Positions 25,901 through 39,249 of a stretch of DNA of 64,000 nucleotides are shown piece after piece. The position numbers and the translations under genes are program-made. This stretch comes from Mobula hypostoma (lineage: Eukaryota). The stretch's first letter is position 1, and the number at the start of each line of letters is the position of its first letter. Location: contig NC_086097.1 of the NCBI RefSeq assembly GCF_963921235.1, positions 32,304,001 through 32,368,000 on the forward strand, read 5' to 3'. The notes beneath the pieces were generated by a model. That model saw only the letters and a list, made by a program, of their open reading frames with translations, was not told the DNA's origin and did not search any database.

Positions 25901-27483
25901 TCTTCCAATTCTCGTTGACTATTGAGTGGTCTGTAATACAATCCCACTAATGTGGCCATACCTTTCCTGTTTCTCAGCTCCACCCACAAGGACTCAGTAG
26001 ACAAGCCCTCTAATCTGTCTGGCCTGAGCACTGCTGTAATATTTTCCCTAACAAGCAATGCCACTCCCCCGCCTTTCATTCCTCTGCCTCGGTCACATCT
26101 GAAACATCGGAACCCTGGAATATTAAGCTGCCAGTCCTGCCCCTCCTGTAGGATTTCCTGTCCTCTGCTCCTTTGGCGTAACTACCTCCCTGTAGCTACG
26201 ATCTATAATCTCCTCATTCTCCCGAATGATCCGCAGGTCATCCAGCTCCTGCTCCAGTTCCCTAACGCGGTTTGTCAGGAACTGCAGCTGGATGCACTTC
26301 TTACAGGTGTCGTTGTCAGGGACACCGGAGGGCTCCCTGACTTCCCACATCCTGCAAGAGGAGCATTCCAACATCCTGCCTGGCATTCTCTCTGCACTAA
26401 ACAATCTGAACAAAAAACTTACCGGAACCTACCCTGCCCTCTGCCTGTTCTCGCCGAAGCCTGTTTGAGCCAAAGCCGTCCCACTCTGACTCAGTCCACT
26501 CCGATGATGGCTGCTGTATATGGTGGTCTGCTTTTAAACCTCGGTGCGCTACATCACAGGCCTGTGCAGTGCAGACCCTTCTCCCCGAGCAGTTTTTAAG
26601 AAAAAAAAAGACTTTTTCTACCCGAATTCTTCCACTCTCTTCTTCAGCTGCTTGTTTTTAAGTTATTCCTGTTTAGCTTTGGCTTTATGCTTGGGGTCAC
26701 TGTCTTGCTGGAAACAAATCTTCTCCCGAGTCACAGTTCATTTGCAGACTGCATCAGGTTCCCCCCACCTCCCCCCAGGCGTTCCTTGTATTTTGCTGCA
26801 TTCATTTTATTCATTTTACCATTTACCTTCACAAGCCGTCCAGGGCCCACTGCAGTGAAACATTCCCAGAGCATGATGCAGTCACCACCATGCTTCATGG
26901 TAGGGATGGTGTGTTTTTGATGTTGTGTGGTGTTTGGCTTATGCCAAACATAGCATTTAGTCTGAGGGCCAAAAAGCTCAATTTTGGTTTCATCGGACTA
27001 TAGAAGCTTTTTCCAGCTGACTTCAGAATCTGCCACATGCCTTCTAGCTAACTCTAGTCCAGATTTCAATCGAGTTTTTTGCAACAGTGGCTTTCTCTTT
27101 GCTCTCCGATAAAACTGCGACTGGTGAAGCACCTGGGCAACAGTTGTATGCACTGTCTCTCCCATCTCAGCCACTGAAGCTTGTAACTCCTCCAGAGTTG
27201 TCATAGGTCTCTTGGTGACCCCACTCACTATTCCCCTCTGGTACCTTCACTCAGTTTTTGAGGATGGCCTGCTCTAGGCAGATTTACAGCTGTGCCATAT
27301 TCTTTTCTTTTCTTGATGATCGATTTAACTGTACACCAAAGGATATTCAGTGACTTGGAAATTTTCTTGTATCCATCTCCTGACTTGCGCTTTTCAATAA
27401 TCTTTTCGCCGAGTTGCTTGGAGTGTTTTTTTGCCTTCATGGTATAGTTTTTACTAGGTTACTGACTCACCATCAGTTGGACC
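22990..27483 (-). mobile_element. Tc1 transposon (degenerate transposase) split by a CR1 insertion
   Basis: ORFs 27228-27440 (MKAKKHSKQLGEKIIEKRKSGDGYKKISKSL) and 26998-27228. Tc1 sequence is continuous across 23390/26652 with TTGTT duplicated. Confidence 0.85.
23391..26651 (-). mobile_element. Young CR1 LINE, near full length with internal deletions
   Basis: ORF1 zinc-finger start (MLECSSCRMWEV), APE endonuclease 25495-26079 (GDFN, SDHN) and an open RT/C-terminal ORF 23664-25358 (PQGSVLGP, FADD). The ORF1 esterase region is deleted near 26150. Confidence 0.95.
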
Positions 27484-29330
27484 TTCTTCTTTTTTGTTTT
27501 ATGGCGGTTGGCAACCAGTTTTCAGTGCATTACCGCCACCTGCTAGACTTCTCGTGTTCCAACCAAATATGTCCTGGAGTTCTCTACTTTAGACAATCTA
27601 GTTCAGCCTGCAGTTCACTATTAGCATCACTCAATTCCTTGTGAATGCTTAATGTGCTCATTAGATAATGCCGCAAACTGCCATTCTTCCCTAATTTTGT
27701 CACGTTTTCATGTAATTGCATTACCTCAATTACATTCATTTCATCTACATCACTTGTAAGACTAAAATCGTCTTGTTAAAGAATAGTAATTATCGCACGT
27801 TATACTTTTAAAATTGATGTTTTTCCAAGTCTTATCTGCTTTTTCAGGTTTTCCTTTTCTTGGATCGTAGCCTGCTGTTGTTTACTGAGACCTCGGAGTT
27901 CTTCTTCATTTGCTTCTATGTTTCCATTTTGTAATCTGAATGTACATAATTCACTTTGCAACAAATTCCTTTTCCTTTTGTATCCTTGTAATGATTTCCT
28001 CCATTTTCCAATCTCTTTCCAACTCACCGTTGTTCTTGACAGGTACTTCTATTTGTTGTTGGAGTTCTGCACATTCACCCTGGGCTTCAACCATAAAATC
28101 TGAGGATTTTCCTTAAGTTCTGAAACATTTCTTAAATTCTTGACCATTTGCGATAAATATACTGCCATTAAGATTCCATCTCCCCTGCCTGTGAACTGTT
28201 GGATCCTCCATTCAGCATTTCTTTGACTTCTTCCCACCAAATCCCTTTAATACCAAGATACTTTCCTGCAAATTTGACGATATTTTTAATTTTCTCAGTT
28301 CGTTTGCTTGTTTGCCCTGAACAATTAATTGCATCCACCATAAAAAGCACGAAATCCTTTCTACTCATTAATAGTGTATCCTTATTTTTCATATTACAGC
28401 TCTCACAATTCACCAGTTTGTTATTCCCTGTATTTGTTTGCTTGACAGCCTTTTTTTCCATCAAATTCTTTCACTGCCTCTGCATAACTGATTCCTTGAG
28501 TTACTTTTACATATCGTTTCTCAGCCACCTTCTTGCTATAAATGCACCCTCGATAAGCTGCGCTGTGTTCTTCGCCACAATTGCAGCATTTCAGCCTAGC
28601 TCCCGCTTCACACTTCCCATATTCATGTTCTCCAGCGCATCTCCCACATCTTTGTTTTCCTCTGCAGACCGCCGCAATGTGCCCGAATTTCTGACATTTA
28701 TAGCATCTTAAAGGCGGTGGTATTTATATTCTAACCGCATAATGCATATACCCTAAGTAAACGTTAGTCGGCAATCTCTCTTCATCAAAGTTAATCATTA
28801 CCGATAAACTATCACACTTTTTCCCGTTTCTTGTAACTTTCAAACGTTTAGCCTCAATAACTTTTGCTCCTTTTATATTCTGTTTAATCTCATCCATAGT
28901 AACTTTCGTTGGTATCCCCAAAATAACTCCTCTAGTCCACTTTCTATCGTTGGGTATTGAGCATTGTACTACTTTGCTGTCTATTTTACATAATCTTATC
29001 ACTTTGCCTTGCTGAGCACTATCCCAACAAATCACTAATAGCGATCCATTTCATAAAATCTTTGCTCCTGTAATCTTGCCTAGGATTTTGTTGAGCACCT
29101 TTGTCAAATGAATCGGGTTCCAATCACCAAAAGACACCCTGTCTTCACTTAGTTTTATAATTGCTTTAATCTCATCTTCTTTTCATTGTTTTCTGTCCTG
29201 TTTTGATCATCCGCTGACTCCTCAGAGTTTGATATCCCGTACCTCTGCTTTTTCTTCCTCTTTGCATTCCGTTCCTCTTTCCCGCCGACCTCCATCGCTA
29301 GTTCACTTCCACTTTCGCCAACAACTTCCT
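27484..29330 (-). mobile_element. Nimb/I-clade LINE deletion derivative (ORF1 + 3' end, no RT)
   Basis: Gag-like ORF1 (RGVILGIP...VYLGY; CYKCQKFGHIAAVC zinc knuckles at ~28560-28710) and a 3' tail GGTGGCGGTAATGCAC...CCGCCATAAA...(GAA)n. Confidence 0.75.
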
Positions 29331-29750
29331 TCAACAGGGCACTGAGGAGTGTGATAGAACAGAGGGATCTGGGAATACAGATCCATCATTTCCTGAAAGT
29401 GGCTTCACAAGTAGACAGAGAGTAACCAGGAATTCATGCATGGTTAGTTTATTCTCTGGAAGCATAGAATAAGGGAGATTTGACAGCAGTATACAAAATC
29501 ATGAGGGGTATCGATAAGGTAAATGCAAGCAGGCTCTTTCCACTGAGTTTCGGTGAGACCAAAACTAGAGGTCATAGGTTAAGGGTGAAACATTCAAGTG
29601 GAATTTCTTTCCTCAGAGGCTGGTGCGAGTGTGGAATGAGCTGCCAGCAAAAAATGGTGGATGTAGGTTTGATTACAATATTTAAAAGAAACTTTGATAA
29701 ATGCATGGATGGGAAGGGCAAGAAAGGCCATGGACAAGGTGGGTGTAGCC

Positions 29751-29941
29751 CAGGCGTCGGCAACCTTTTTACCTCTGTGGGCTGGATCGCGTATTAATGA
29801 GCGGACAGTGGGCCAGATAAATGCCATAAATAACTTGAAATATGGGAATTATCCATTTAAATACATCTAGTTATGTTTTGCCTCAAATTAATGAACAACG
29901 CATGCTAGAAAATCGTTTGTGCTTAAGGTGGCCTACCCCTG
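29751..29941. mobile_element. hAT-type MITE
   Basis: Imperfect TIRs CAGGCGTCGGCAACC / GGTGGCCTACCCCTG, inserted in a CR1 3' fragment. Confidence 0.65.
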
Positions 29942-30839
29942 ATCTAGGCAGTATAATTGGCCAGGTAGTCTATCTATGGCCCCTAGATAAACTGAAGAAC
30001 ATGTTTCTGTGCTGTATGATTCTCTAGGCCTCAAAAGAAGAACAGGTGGGATTTAACTGGGCCAGGAGCAACGTGTTATGTTTTGGGAAGTTAAACCAAC
30101 CAGGGCAGGACATGCCCAGTGAATGACAGTACAATGGGAAGTGCTGTAGAACAGATAGATCTAGAGATACAAATAGAGTTCTCTGAAGGTGGCAACAGGG
30201 GTAGACATAGTGAAAAAGACAGTTTATGGCATGCTGACCTTCATCAGTAGTGACACTGAGAAAGAGTTGGAACTCTGTAAGACAAAGAAGCAGAATCAGG
30301 CCATTCAACCCATCAAGTCTACTCCTCCATCCAAACATGGCCGATTTATTCTCCCCTCTCAACGCCATTCTTCTGCCTTCTTCCCATAATCTCTGACACT
30401 CTTACTCAGAGGTTGAGACCCAATGTTCAAAGTCCTGGGTCAATACAAGAGGTTGAAGATCGGAGGCAGCAAGCCCGGAGCTTGAGGCCCAGTGGTCGAA
30501 GTCCCTAGGTCAGCATTTCTTGAAGTCAGAGGCCCACTGTCTGTGAGCCTGTGGCTGAGGACTGGGGGTTGAAGGTGGCCTTTCCTAAGGCTGAGGCCTG
30601 TCTATCTCTGTAGGTGAGAAAGAGGTTCATTTTGCTGTTACTGCTCATGTTATTCTGCTGAATATTTTGGGTCAGCTCCAGAGTGTGTGGCGACTTTTGC
30701 AGCAGATCCTTAGGTTGTGTTGGTTGTTAATGCAAATAATGCATTTCACTGTATGTTTCGTTATACGTGTGATGAATAAATATGAATCTGTCCAACAGCA
30801 GCATTGCGTGCAGTTCTGTTAGTATAGAGAGAATTTGAT

Positions 30840-33800
30840 TAAGACCATAAGACATAGGAGTAGAATTAGGCCATTTGGCCCATTGAGTCTTCTCCACCAT
30901 TCAATTATGGCTGATACTTTTTTTTTTGCCTCCTTAGTCCCACTCCTCAGCCTTCTCCCCATAACCTTTGATGCCGTGTCTAATCAAGAACCTATCAAGC
31001 TCTGCCTTAAATACACCCAACGACCTGGCCTCCACAGCTGCCCGTGGTAATAAATTCCATAAATCCCGATCCTTTGGCTGAAGAAATTTTTTATCTTGCT
31101 TTTAAATGGGCACAGCCCCAGGATAGAGGGGCGTCCTCTTGTCCTAGACTCCCCCACCATGGGAAACATCCTTTCCACATCTGCTGAGTAGGCCTTTCAA
31201 GATTTGAGAAGTTTCAATAAGATCCCCTCTTCATCCTTCTAAATTCCCATGAGTACAGACCCACAGCTATCAAATATTCCTCGTATGATAACCCTTTTAT
31301 TCCGGAATCATCCTAGTGAACCACCTCTGACAGCACTCCACAGCACATCTTTTCTTAGATGAGGAGCCCAAAACTGTTCACAATACTCAAGGTGAAGCCT
31401 CACCAGTGCCTTATAAAGCCTCAGCATCACATCCCTGCTCTTGTAGACCTCCTGAAATGAATGCTAACATTGCATTTGCCATTCTCACCATGACTCTACC
31501 TGCAAGTTAACCTTTAGGGTGTTCTGCATAAGGACTCCCAGGTCCCTTTGCATCTCAGATTTTTGGATTTTCTCCCCATTTAGAAAATAGTCTGCACATT
31601 TATCTCTTCTTCCAAAGTGCATAACCATGCATTTTCCAACATTTTATTTCATTTGCCACTTTCTTGCCCATTCTCCTAATCTGTCCAAGTCCTTCTGCAG
31701 CCTACCCGTTTCCTCAACACTACCTGCCCCTCCACCCATTTTCATATCATCTCCAAATCTGGCAACAAAGCCATCTATTCTATCGTCTAAATTATTGATA
31801 TACAGCATAAAAAGAAGTGGTCCCAACACCGACCCTTGTGGAAAAACACTAGTCACAGGCAGCCAACCAGAAAATGATACTTTTATTCCCACTCGCTGCC
31901 TCCCTACCAGTCAGCCAATCCGCAACTTAGTTTCCTGTAATACTTAGTAAGTAGTCTCATGTGTGGCACCTTGTCAAAGGCCTTCTGAAAGTCCAAATAT
32001 ACAACATCCACTGCATCCCCTTTACCTCGCCTACTTGTAATCTCCTCCAAGAATTCCAACAGGTTCATCAGGCCTGAAATTCCCTTAAGGAAACCATGCT
32101 GATTTTGTCCCATCTTGTCCTGTGTCACCAAGTACTTCATAACCACATTCTTCACAATTGACTCCAATATCTTCTCAACCACTGAAGTCAGGCTAACTTG
32201 TCTACAATTTCCTTTCTGCTGCCTCCCTCCTTTCTTAAAGAGTGGAGTGACATTTGCAATTTTCCAGTCCTCTGGCACTATGCCAGAGTCCAATGATTTT
32301 GGAAAGATCGTTTCTAATGCCTCCACAATCTCCACTGCCACCCCTTTCAGAACCCTAGGGTGCAGTTCGTCTGGTCCGGGTGACTTGTGTACCTTTAGGC
32401 CTTTTAGCTTTTTCAGCACCTTCTCCCTTGTAATAGTAACTGCACTCACTTCTCTTTCCTCACACCCTTCAATATCTGGCACACTGTTAGACTTCCACAT
32501 TGAAGACTGACGCAAAATACTTATTTCATTTATCTGCCATCTCCTTGGCCCCCAATATTATTTCTCTGACCTCATTTTCTAGAGGTCCTATATCCACTCT
32601 CACCTCTCATTTATTTATTTACTCAAGAACACCTTTACTATCCACTTCGATATTAGTTGCTAGCTTACTCTCATATTTCATCTTTCCCTCCTAATGATTC
32701 TTTCAGTTGCTCTCTGTAGGTTTTTAAAAGCTTCCCGATCCTCTGTCTTGCCATTAATTTTTGCATTGTTGTATGTCCACTCTTTAGTTTTTACATTAGC
32801 TTTGATTTCTCTCATCAGCCATGGTTGTACTATTTTGCTATTTGAGTATTTCTGTGTTTTTGGAATACATCTATCCTGCACCTTCCTCATTTTTTTAAAA
32901 AACTCACACCATTGCTGCTCTGCTGTCATCCCTGTCAGCAGTTCCTTCTAATTTACTTTGACCATCTCCTCTCTCATACCACTGTAATTTCCTTTACTCC
33001 ACTGAAATACTGTTAAGTCAGACTTTACTTTCAAGTTGAACTCAATCATATCGTGATCACTGCCTCCTCAGGGTTCTTTTACCTTAAGTTCTCTGATTCA
33101 TTATACAACATCCAGTCTAGTAGGCTCAATGACAAACTGCTCTAAAAAGCCATCTTGTAGGCATTCAACAAACTCACTCGCTTGAGACCCATCACCAACC
33201 TGATTTTCCCAAATGACCTGGCATGTTGAGATCTCCCACAACTATCATAACATTGTCCTTTTGACAGGCCTTTTCTATCTCCTGTTGCAATCTGTGGCGC
33301 TCATCCCAGCTACAGTTGGGAGGCCTGTATACAACTGCCATCAGGGTCCTTTTACCCTTGAGGTTTCTTAACTCAACCTACAAGGTTTCAACATCTTCTG
33401 ATCCTACGTCTCATCTTTCTACTGATTTGATGCTATTCTTTACCAGCAGAGCCACACCACCCCCTCTGCCGACCTTCCTATCCCTCCAGTACAATAACTA
33501 ACCTTAGACATTCGGCTCGCAACTACAACCATCCTTTAGTCACGAATCAGTGATGGCCACATCATCATACTTGACAATCTGTAACAGTGCAACAAGATCA
33601 TCCACCTTATTTCTTAATACTCTGTGTATTGAGATATAACACAGAGTATTGTATTTGCTACCCTTTTTGATTCTGAATCCCTAATGCACTGATATTCAGC
33701 CTGCTGGCTACAATTTTGTCGTATCATCTCCCTGCCCTTTCCAACAGTCTGACTGCACGCTATCTTTACTTTTTAACCATCCTTCCTATCACCAGTCCCC

Positions 33801-34900
33801 TCGCTCAGGTTCCCACCTCCAGCCAGATTAGTTTAAACTCTCCCTAACAGCTCTAACAAACCTGCCCACGAGAATATTGCTCCCCTCGGGTTCAGGTGCA
33901 ACCAGTCACTTTTGAACAGGTCGTACGTCCCCCAGAAGAGATCCCAATGATCCAAGAATCTGAAGCCCTGTCCCCTGCACCAGCTTCCCAGCCACGCATT
34001 AATAACCCGAATCATCCTGTTTCTATACTCACTGGTGCTTGGCACAGGCAGCAATCCAGAAATTACTACTTCAGAGCTCCTGTTTCTCAGCTTCCTACCT
34101 CGGTCTTTAAATTCTCTTTTCAGGACCTCTTTGCTTTTCCTTCCCATGTCATTGGTACCAACGTGTACCAAGACATCTGGCTGCTGTCCCTGCCTCCCCA
34201 AAATGCTGTGGATGCGATCTGAGACATCCCTGGCAACAGGGAGGCAACATACCATCTGGGTGTCCTGTTCACGTCCACAGAATCTCCTGTCTGTTCCCCT
34301 GACTATTGAGTCCCCTATCACTACCGCTCCCCTCTTCTCCCTCTTTCCCTTCTGCACCATGGACCCATGCTCAGTGCCAGTAACCCGGTCTCCATGGCAT
34401 TCCCCTAGAAGGTCATCCCCACAGCAGTATTCAAAGTGATATGCTTATTATTGAGAGAAATGGCCACAGGGGTGCTCTGCGCTAACTGCCTATTGACATT
34501 TCCAATTCCCTTGACCGTCAACCCAGCCACTCGCCTCCTGGAACTTAGGAACAACTACTTCCCTTCAACTCTGATCGATTGTCTTCTCACTCTCTCGTAC
34601 AAGCTGAAGGTCATCTAGCTGCTCTTCCAGTTCCCAACACAATCTTCAAGGAGCTGCAGCCCGATGCACTTCACACAGATGCAATTCCCTGGGAGACTCT
34701 AGGACTCTAACATCCAGCATGAAGAACACACAACAGTCATTTACTACACTAGGTACAGTAAGAGGAAAAAAGGGAATCTTAACAGCTTAACCAGAGCCAA
34801 AGCCCCTTTTGAGCCGAAACCTCCTTTGAGCCAAAGCCTGACAGTCCTACTCTCACCACTGGCCTACTCCCGACAATGGCTGCCCCGCTGGTCCCTTCTG
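30840..34900 (-). mobile_element. Older full-length CR1 LINE (degenerate) with SGNH-esterase ORF1
   Basis: ORF1 33833-34360 (VIGDSIVRG, HVGTND, DWLHLN) and frameshifted ORF2 pieces 31644-32929. Confidence 0.92.
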
Positions 34901-35542
34901 TCCTTCAAACAAGTGTCGCCGACCAGCGAGAAACCTTGTCACTGTGATCTGCTCCTGCTGCTGATTGGACCGCCGGAATTAAGCAATGGAGGGTGCAAAA
35001 AGGACGTCATCAGGAAAGTCACAGATATATAGGAAGGATGTTACTGAACTGAAAGGGTGCAGAAGAGATTCAAGGATATTACCTCGACTGGAGGGCTTGA
35101 GTTACAAGGAGAGGCTGGGGGCGACTTTACAGAGGTTCGTAAATCCATAGACAAAGTGAACGGTTACCATTTATTCCATCTAGGTATGGGATTCTAAAAA
35201 ATAGAAGGCATAGGTTACAAGCGAGAGGGCAAAGATTTAAAGGGATTCTAAGGGGCAAGATTTCCACACAGAGGGTGGTGGGTACATACTACAAACTACC
35301 AGAGGAAGTGGTAGAGCTGGGTACGGTCACATTTAAAAGACATTTGGACATGAATATGGATAGGAAAGGTTTACAGGGATATGGGCCAAACACAGGCTAA
35401 CAGGACCAACATGATTGGCACGTACAAGTTGGGATAAAAAGTCTGTTTCCTTTGAATCTCTGATAAGCCCTTGAATGATCATACTATCAGCTGCCTTTAA
35501 ATACCCACAAAATCAAATTTTAAAAGCAAATGAACATAACAT

Positions 35543-35548
35543 TTTATT
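35543..35548 (-). terminator. Probable GLRX5 polyadenylation signal (AATAAA)
   Basis: TTTATT on the + strand about 260 nt past the stop codon, at the edge of unique sequence before repeats resume. Confidence 0.6.
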
Positions 35549-35806
35549 GATTCCTCTAAAAAAAAAGAGGGCAATTAAAAACCACAATTATGCTTCTGTT
35601 GGTTATCCTTTTCCGTCGTTTTACACGGTCCGACACGTTGAACTCCCCTATGCCATCAGTATATCACCATGAGGCTCTCCATGGAGTTCTTACAACACTC
35701 CACCCCTGCCAAGGTCCAATGACACAGTAATAACTAAATAACAACACACCACCAACCACGTGACAAGAGCAAGACAGGGGCCAGCTGACAATGGAAGGTG
35801 GCTGCT

Positions 35807-35982
35807 CTATTTTGCGTCCTCTTTCTCAGTGTCTAACAGCGCAGAGCGAATGCCAAGTTTCTTTAGTTCCTCGACGAGATCTCCATTCTGGTGCATCTGT
35901 AGCAAGATGTCGCATCCGCCCACAAACTCGCCGTCAAAGTAGATCTGCGGGATGGTCGGCCAATTGGAATAGTTTTTAATAC
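35807..35982 (-). CDS. GLRX5: Glutaredoxin-5, coding exon 2
   Basis: Acceptor ...tttgaaacAG|GT, phase-compatible with exon 1. Encodes [58 protein letters not shown]. 304+176=480 nt, giving 159 aa plus stop. Confidence 0.97.
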
Positions 35983-36179
35983 CTGTTTCAAAAGGACAAG
36001 TACCAGAGTGAGTGAGGGTCATAGAACTACTACAAAATCAAAGTCAAGTTTACTGTCTCATGCACAACTACATGTGTGCACAGGTGTAAAGAAAAACATT
36101 CTGCAGCAGCATCACAGGCACAGGGCAGAATTTGCAAAGACAAATTATACAAGTTTTTTTTATTAAGTAAGAAAACAAT

Positions 36180-36745
36180 TAAAACATAAAATGCTGAAGG
36201 AACTCAGCAGGCCACATAGCATCTATGAAGGGGAATAAACAGTTGACATTCAGGCACAGACACTTCCTCAGGATTGGAAATAAGACTCCAACCTGATGGC
36301 ATGAATACCAATTTTTCTAACTTCTTATCAATTCTCTGCTAAACCGTTTCTCTCACTTTCCATTTCCCATTCTGGTTCCCCTGTCACCCTTTTTCTTTTC
36401 CTCATCTGCCATTACCTCTCTTTGGCTCACCTCTTCCTTCCCTTTCTCCATAGTCCACTGTCTTCTCAGATTCCTTCTTCCTCAGCCCTTTACCTATCCC
36501 CTCCCAGCTTCTTACCTGATTCCCCCTCTCCCACCCACCTTACTCCCGTCCTGGTCTCACCTGTCACCCGCCAGTTTGTACTCCTTCCCCTAACCCACCT
36601 TCTAGTTTCTTTCCCCCTCCTCTTCAGTCCTGATGAAGAGCCTTGGCTCAAAATGTCAACTGTTTATTACTCTTGCACAGGTGCTGCCTGTTCTGCTAAG
36701 TTCTTCCAGTGTTTTGTGCCTGTTGCTCTGGAATTCCAGCATCTT
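36180..36745. mobile_element. Penelope-derived fragments in the GLRX5 intron
   Basis: PLE 3' motifs in both orientations and a pyrimidine tract. Confidence 0.7.
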
Positions 36746-37463
36746 TTCACAATTAGAACAAAAAAAAATCCATTTTAGTGCAATGTGCTGCTAAACTGCA
36801 GTGGTTTGGATGGTGGGCATCGAGATCCCTCCTTACTGGTGCTGATACCTTCATTGCTTCTTCATTTTCCACCCCGCCCTTTACCCTATTCCAAACTCCA
36901 GTTATTCACACCTTCCCTGGGAATTATTTTTAAATGCTTTACCATTAATCCTATTATCCATCCCACAAAGCTCATTTTTAGCCAACAGTATTGTGATTTT
37001 AAAAAAATGACGTAGATGCTCATATCAGACTGAATCAAGCAGATAGTCAAAGCTTCATGTCAATGACAAGTCAATAGGACAGACAGATACAAGTACTGAG
37101 GATCAGAGTTACAGGGGAAAGTGACGGGGTGCAATACTGAGCCAACGATGAAGGGAGGAGAACTACCCTTTTAATATCAATCTTATTGATCAGAAGGGGA
37201 CACTAGCAGGGATGACAGTAGAGTTTCTGGGAGCAATTCAAAAGATGCAGGATAGATACATCCAAAAGAAGATGATACATTTTAAAGGGAGGATGAGCCA
37301 ACTGTGGATGACAAGGGAGGTCAAAGACAACATAAAGCAAAATAGCGGACATATAATAAAGCAAAAATTAGTAGAAAGCTGGGATTAGGAACCTTTAAGG
37401 ACCAACAGAAGGCAAGTGAAAAAAAACAATAAGTTGAGAAAAAAAAATGAAGAGAAGATGAGT

Positions 37464-39100
37464 TATAGAACCATAGAAACTACAGCACAGGAACAGGCCT
37501 TTTGGCCCTTCTTGGCTGTGCCGAACCATTGTCTGCCTAGTCCCACTGACCTGCACACGGACCATATCCCTCCATACACCTCCCATCCATGTATCTGTCC
37601 AATTTATTCTTAAATGTTAAAAAAGAACTCGCATTTAGCACCTCATCTGGCAGCTCATTCCATACTCCCACCACTCTCTGTGTGAAGAAGCCCCCCCTCA
37701 TGTTCCCTTTAAACTTTTCCCCCCTCACCCTTAACCCATGTCCTCTGGTTTTTTCTCCCCTTGCCTCAGTGGAAAAAGCCGGCTTGCATTCACTCTATCT
37801 ATACCCATCATAATTTTATATACCTCTACCAAATCTCCCCTCATTCTTCTACGCTCCAGGGAATAAAGTCCTAATCTATTCACCCTTTCTCTGTAACTGA
37901 GTTTCTCAAGTCCCGGCAACATCCTTGTAAACCTTCTCTGCACTCTTTCAACCTTATTTATATCCTTCCTGTAATTTGGTGACCAAAACTGAACACAATA
38001 CTCCAGATTTGGCCTCACCAATGCCTTATACAACCTCATCATAACATTCCAGCTCTTATACTCAATACTTTGATTAATAAAGGCCAATGTACCAAAAGCT
38101 CTCTTTACGACCCTATCTACCTGTGACGCCACTTCTAGGGAATTTTGTATCTGTATTCCCAGATCCCTCTGTTCCACTGCACTCCTCAGTGCCTTACCAT
38201 TAACCCTGTATGTTCTACCTTGGTTTGTCCTTCCAATGTGCAATACCTCACACTTGTCTGTACTAAACTCCACCTGCCATTTTTCAGCCCATTTTTCCAG
38301 CTGGTCCAAGTCCCTCTGCAGGCTCTGAAAACCTTCCTCACTGTCGACTACACCTCCAATCTTTGTATCATCAACAAATTTGCTGATCCAATTTACCACA
38401 TTATCATCCAGATCATTGATATAGATGACAAATAACAATGGACCCAGCACTGATCCCTGTGGCACACCACTAGTCACAGGCCTCCACTCGGAGAAGCAAT
38501 TCTCTACTACGACTCTTTGGCTTCTTCCATTGAGCCAATGTCTAATCCAATTTACCACCTCTCCATGTATACCTAGTGACTGAATTTTCCTAACTAACCT
38601 CCCATGTGGGACCTTGTCAAAGGCCTTACTGAAGTCCATGTAGACAATATCCACTGCTTTCCCTTCATCCACTTTCCTGGTAACCTCCTCGAAAAACTCC
38701 AACAGATTGGTCAAACATGACCTACCACGCACAAAGCCATGTAGACTCTCCCTAACAAGTCCCTGTCTATCCAAATGCTTGTAGATTCTGTCTCTTAACA
38801 CTCCCTCCAATAACTTACCTACTACTGACGTTAAACTTACTGGCCTATAATTTCCCGGATTACTTTTCGATCCTTTTTTAAACAACGGAACAACATGAGC
38901 CACTCTCCAATCCTCCGGCACCTCACCTGTAGACAGCAACATTTTAAATATTTCTGCCAGGGCCCCTGCAATTTCAACACTGGTCTCCTTCAAGGTCCGA
39001 GGGAACACCCTGTCAGGTCCCTGGGATTTATCCACTTTAATTTTCCTCAAGACAGCAAGGACCTCCTCCTTTTCGATCTGTACCGTTTCCATGATCTCAC
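37464..39100 (-). mobile_element. Young 5'-truncated CR1 LINE, same subfamily as 23391-26651
   Basis: Open 453-aa RT ORF 37731-39092, nearly identical to the 23664-25358 ORF (FADD reads FVDD here). Confidence 0.95.
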
Positions 39101-39249
39101 TTATTTGTCACAAGTACATTGAAACATACAGTGAAATGAGTCGTTGCATCAAATCAGTGAGGATTATGCTGGGAGCAGCCCACAATTGTCACCATACTTC
39201 GAGAACCAACGTAGCATGCTCATAACTTACTAACCCCAACTGTACACCA

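Noticed and set aside
25952..26599. 215-aa plus-strand ORF (similarly 1662-2375)
   Set aside because: Antisense to CR1/Penelope sequence and spans element junctions.
28199..28711. 170-aa hydrophobic plus-strand ORF resembling a membrane protein
   Set aside because: Antisense shadow of the A-rich Nimb ORF1.
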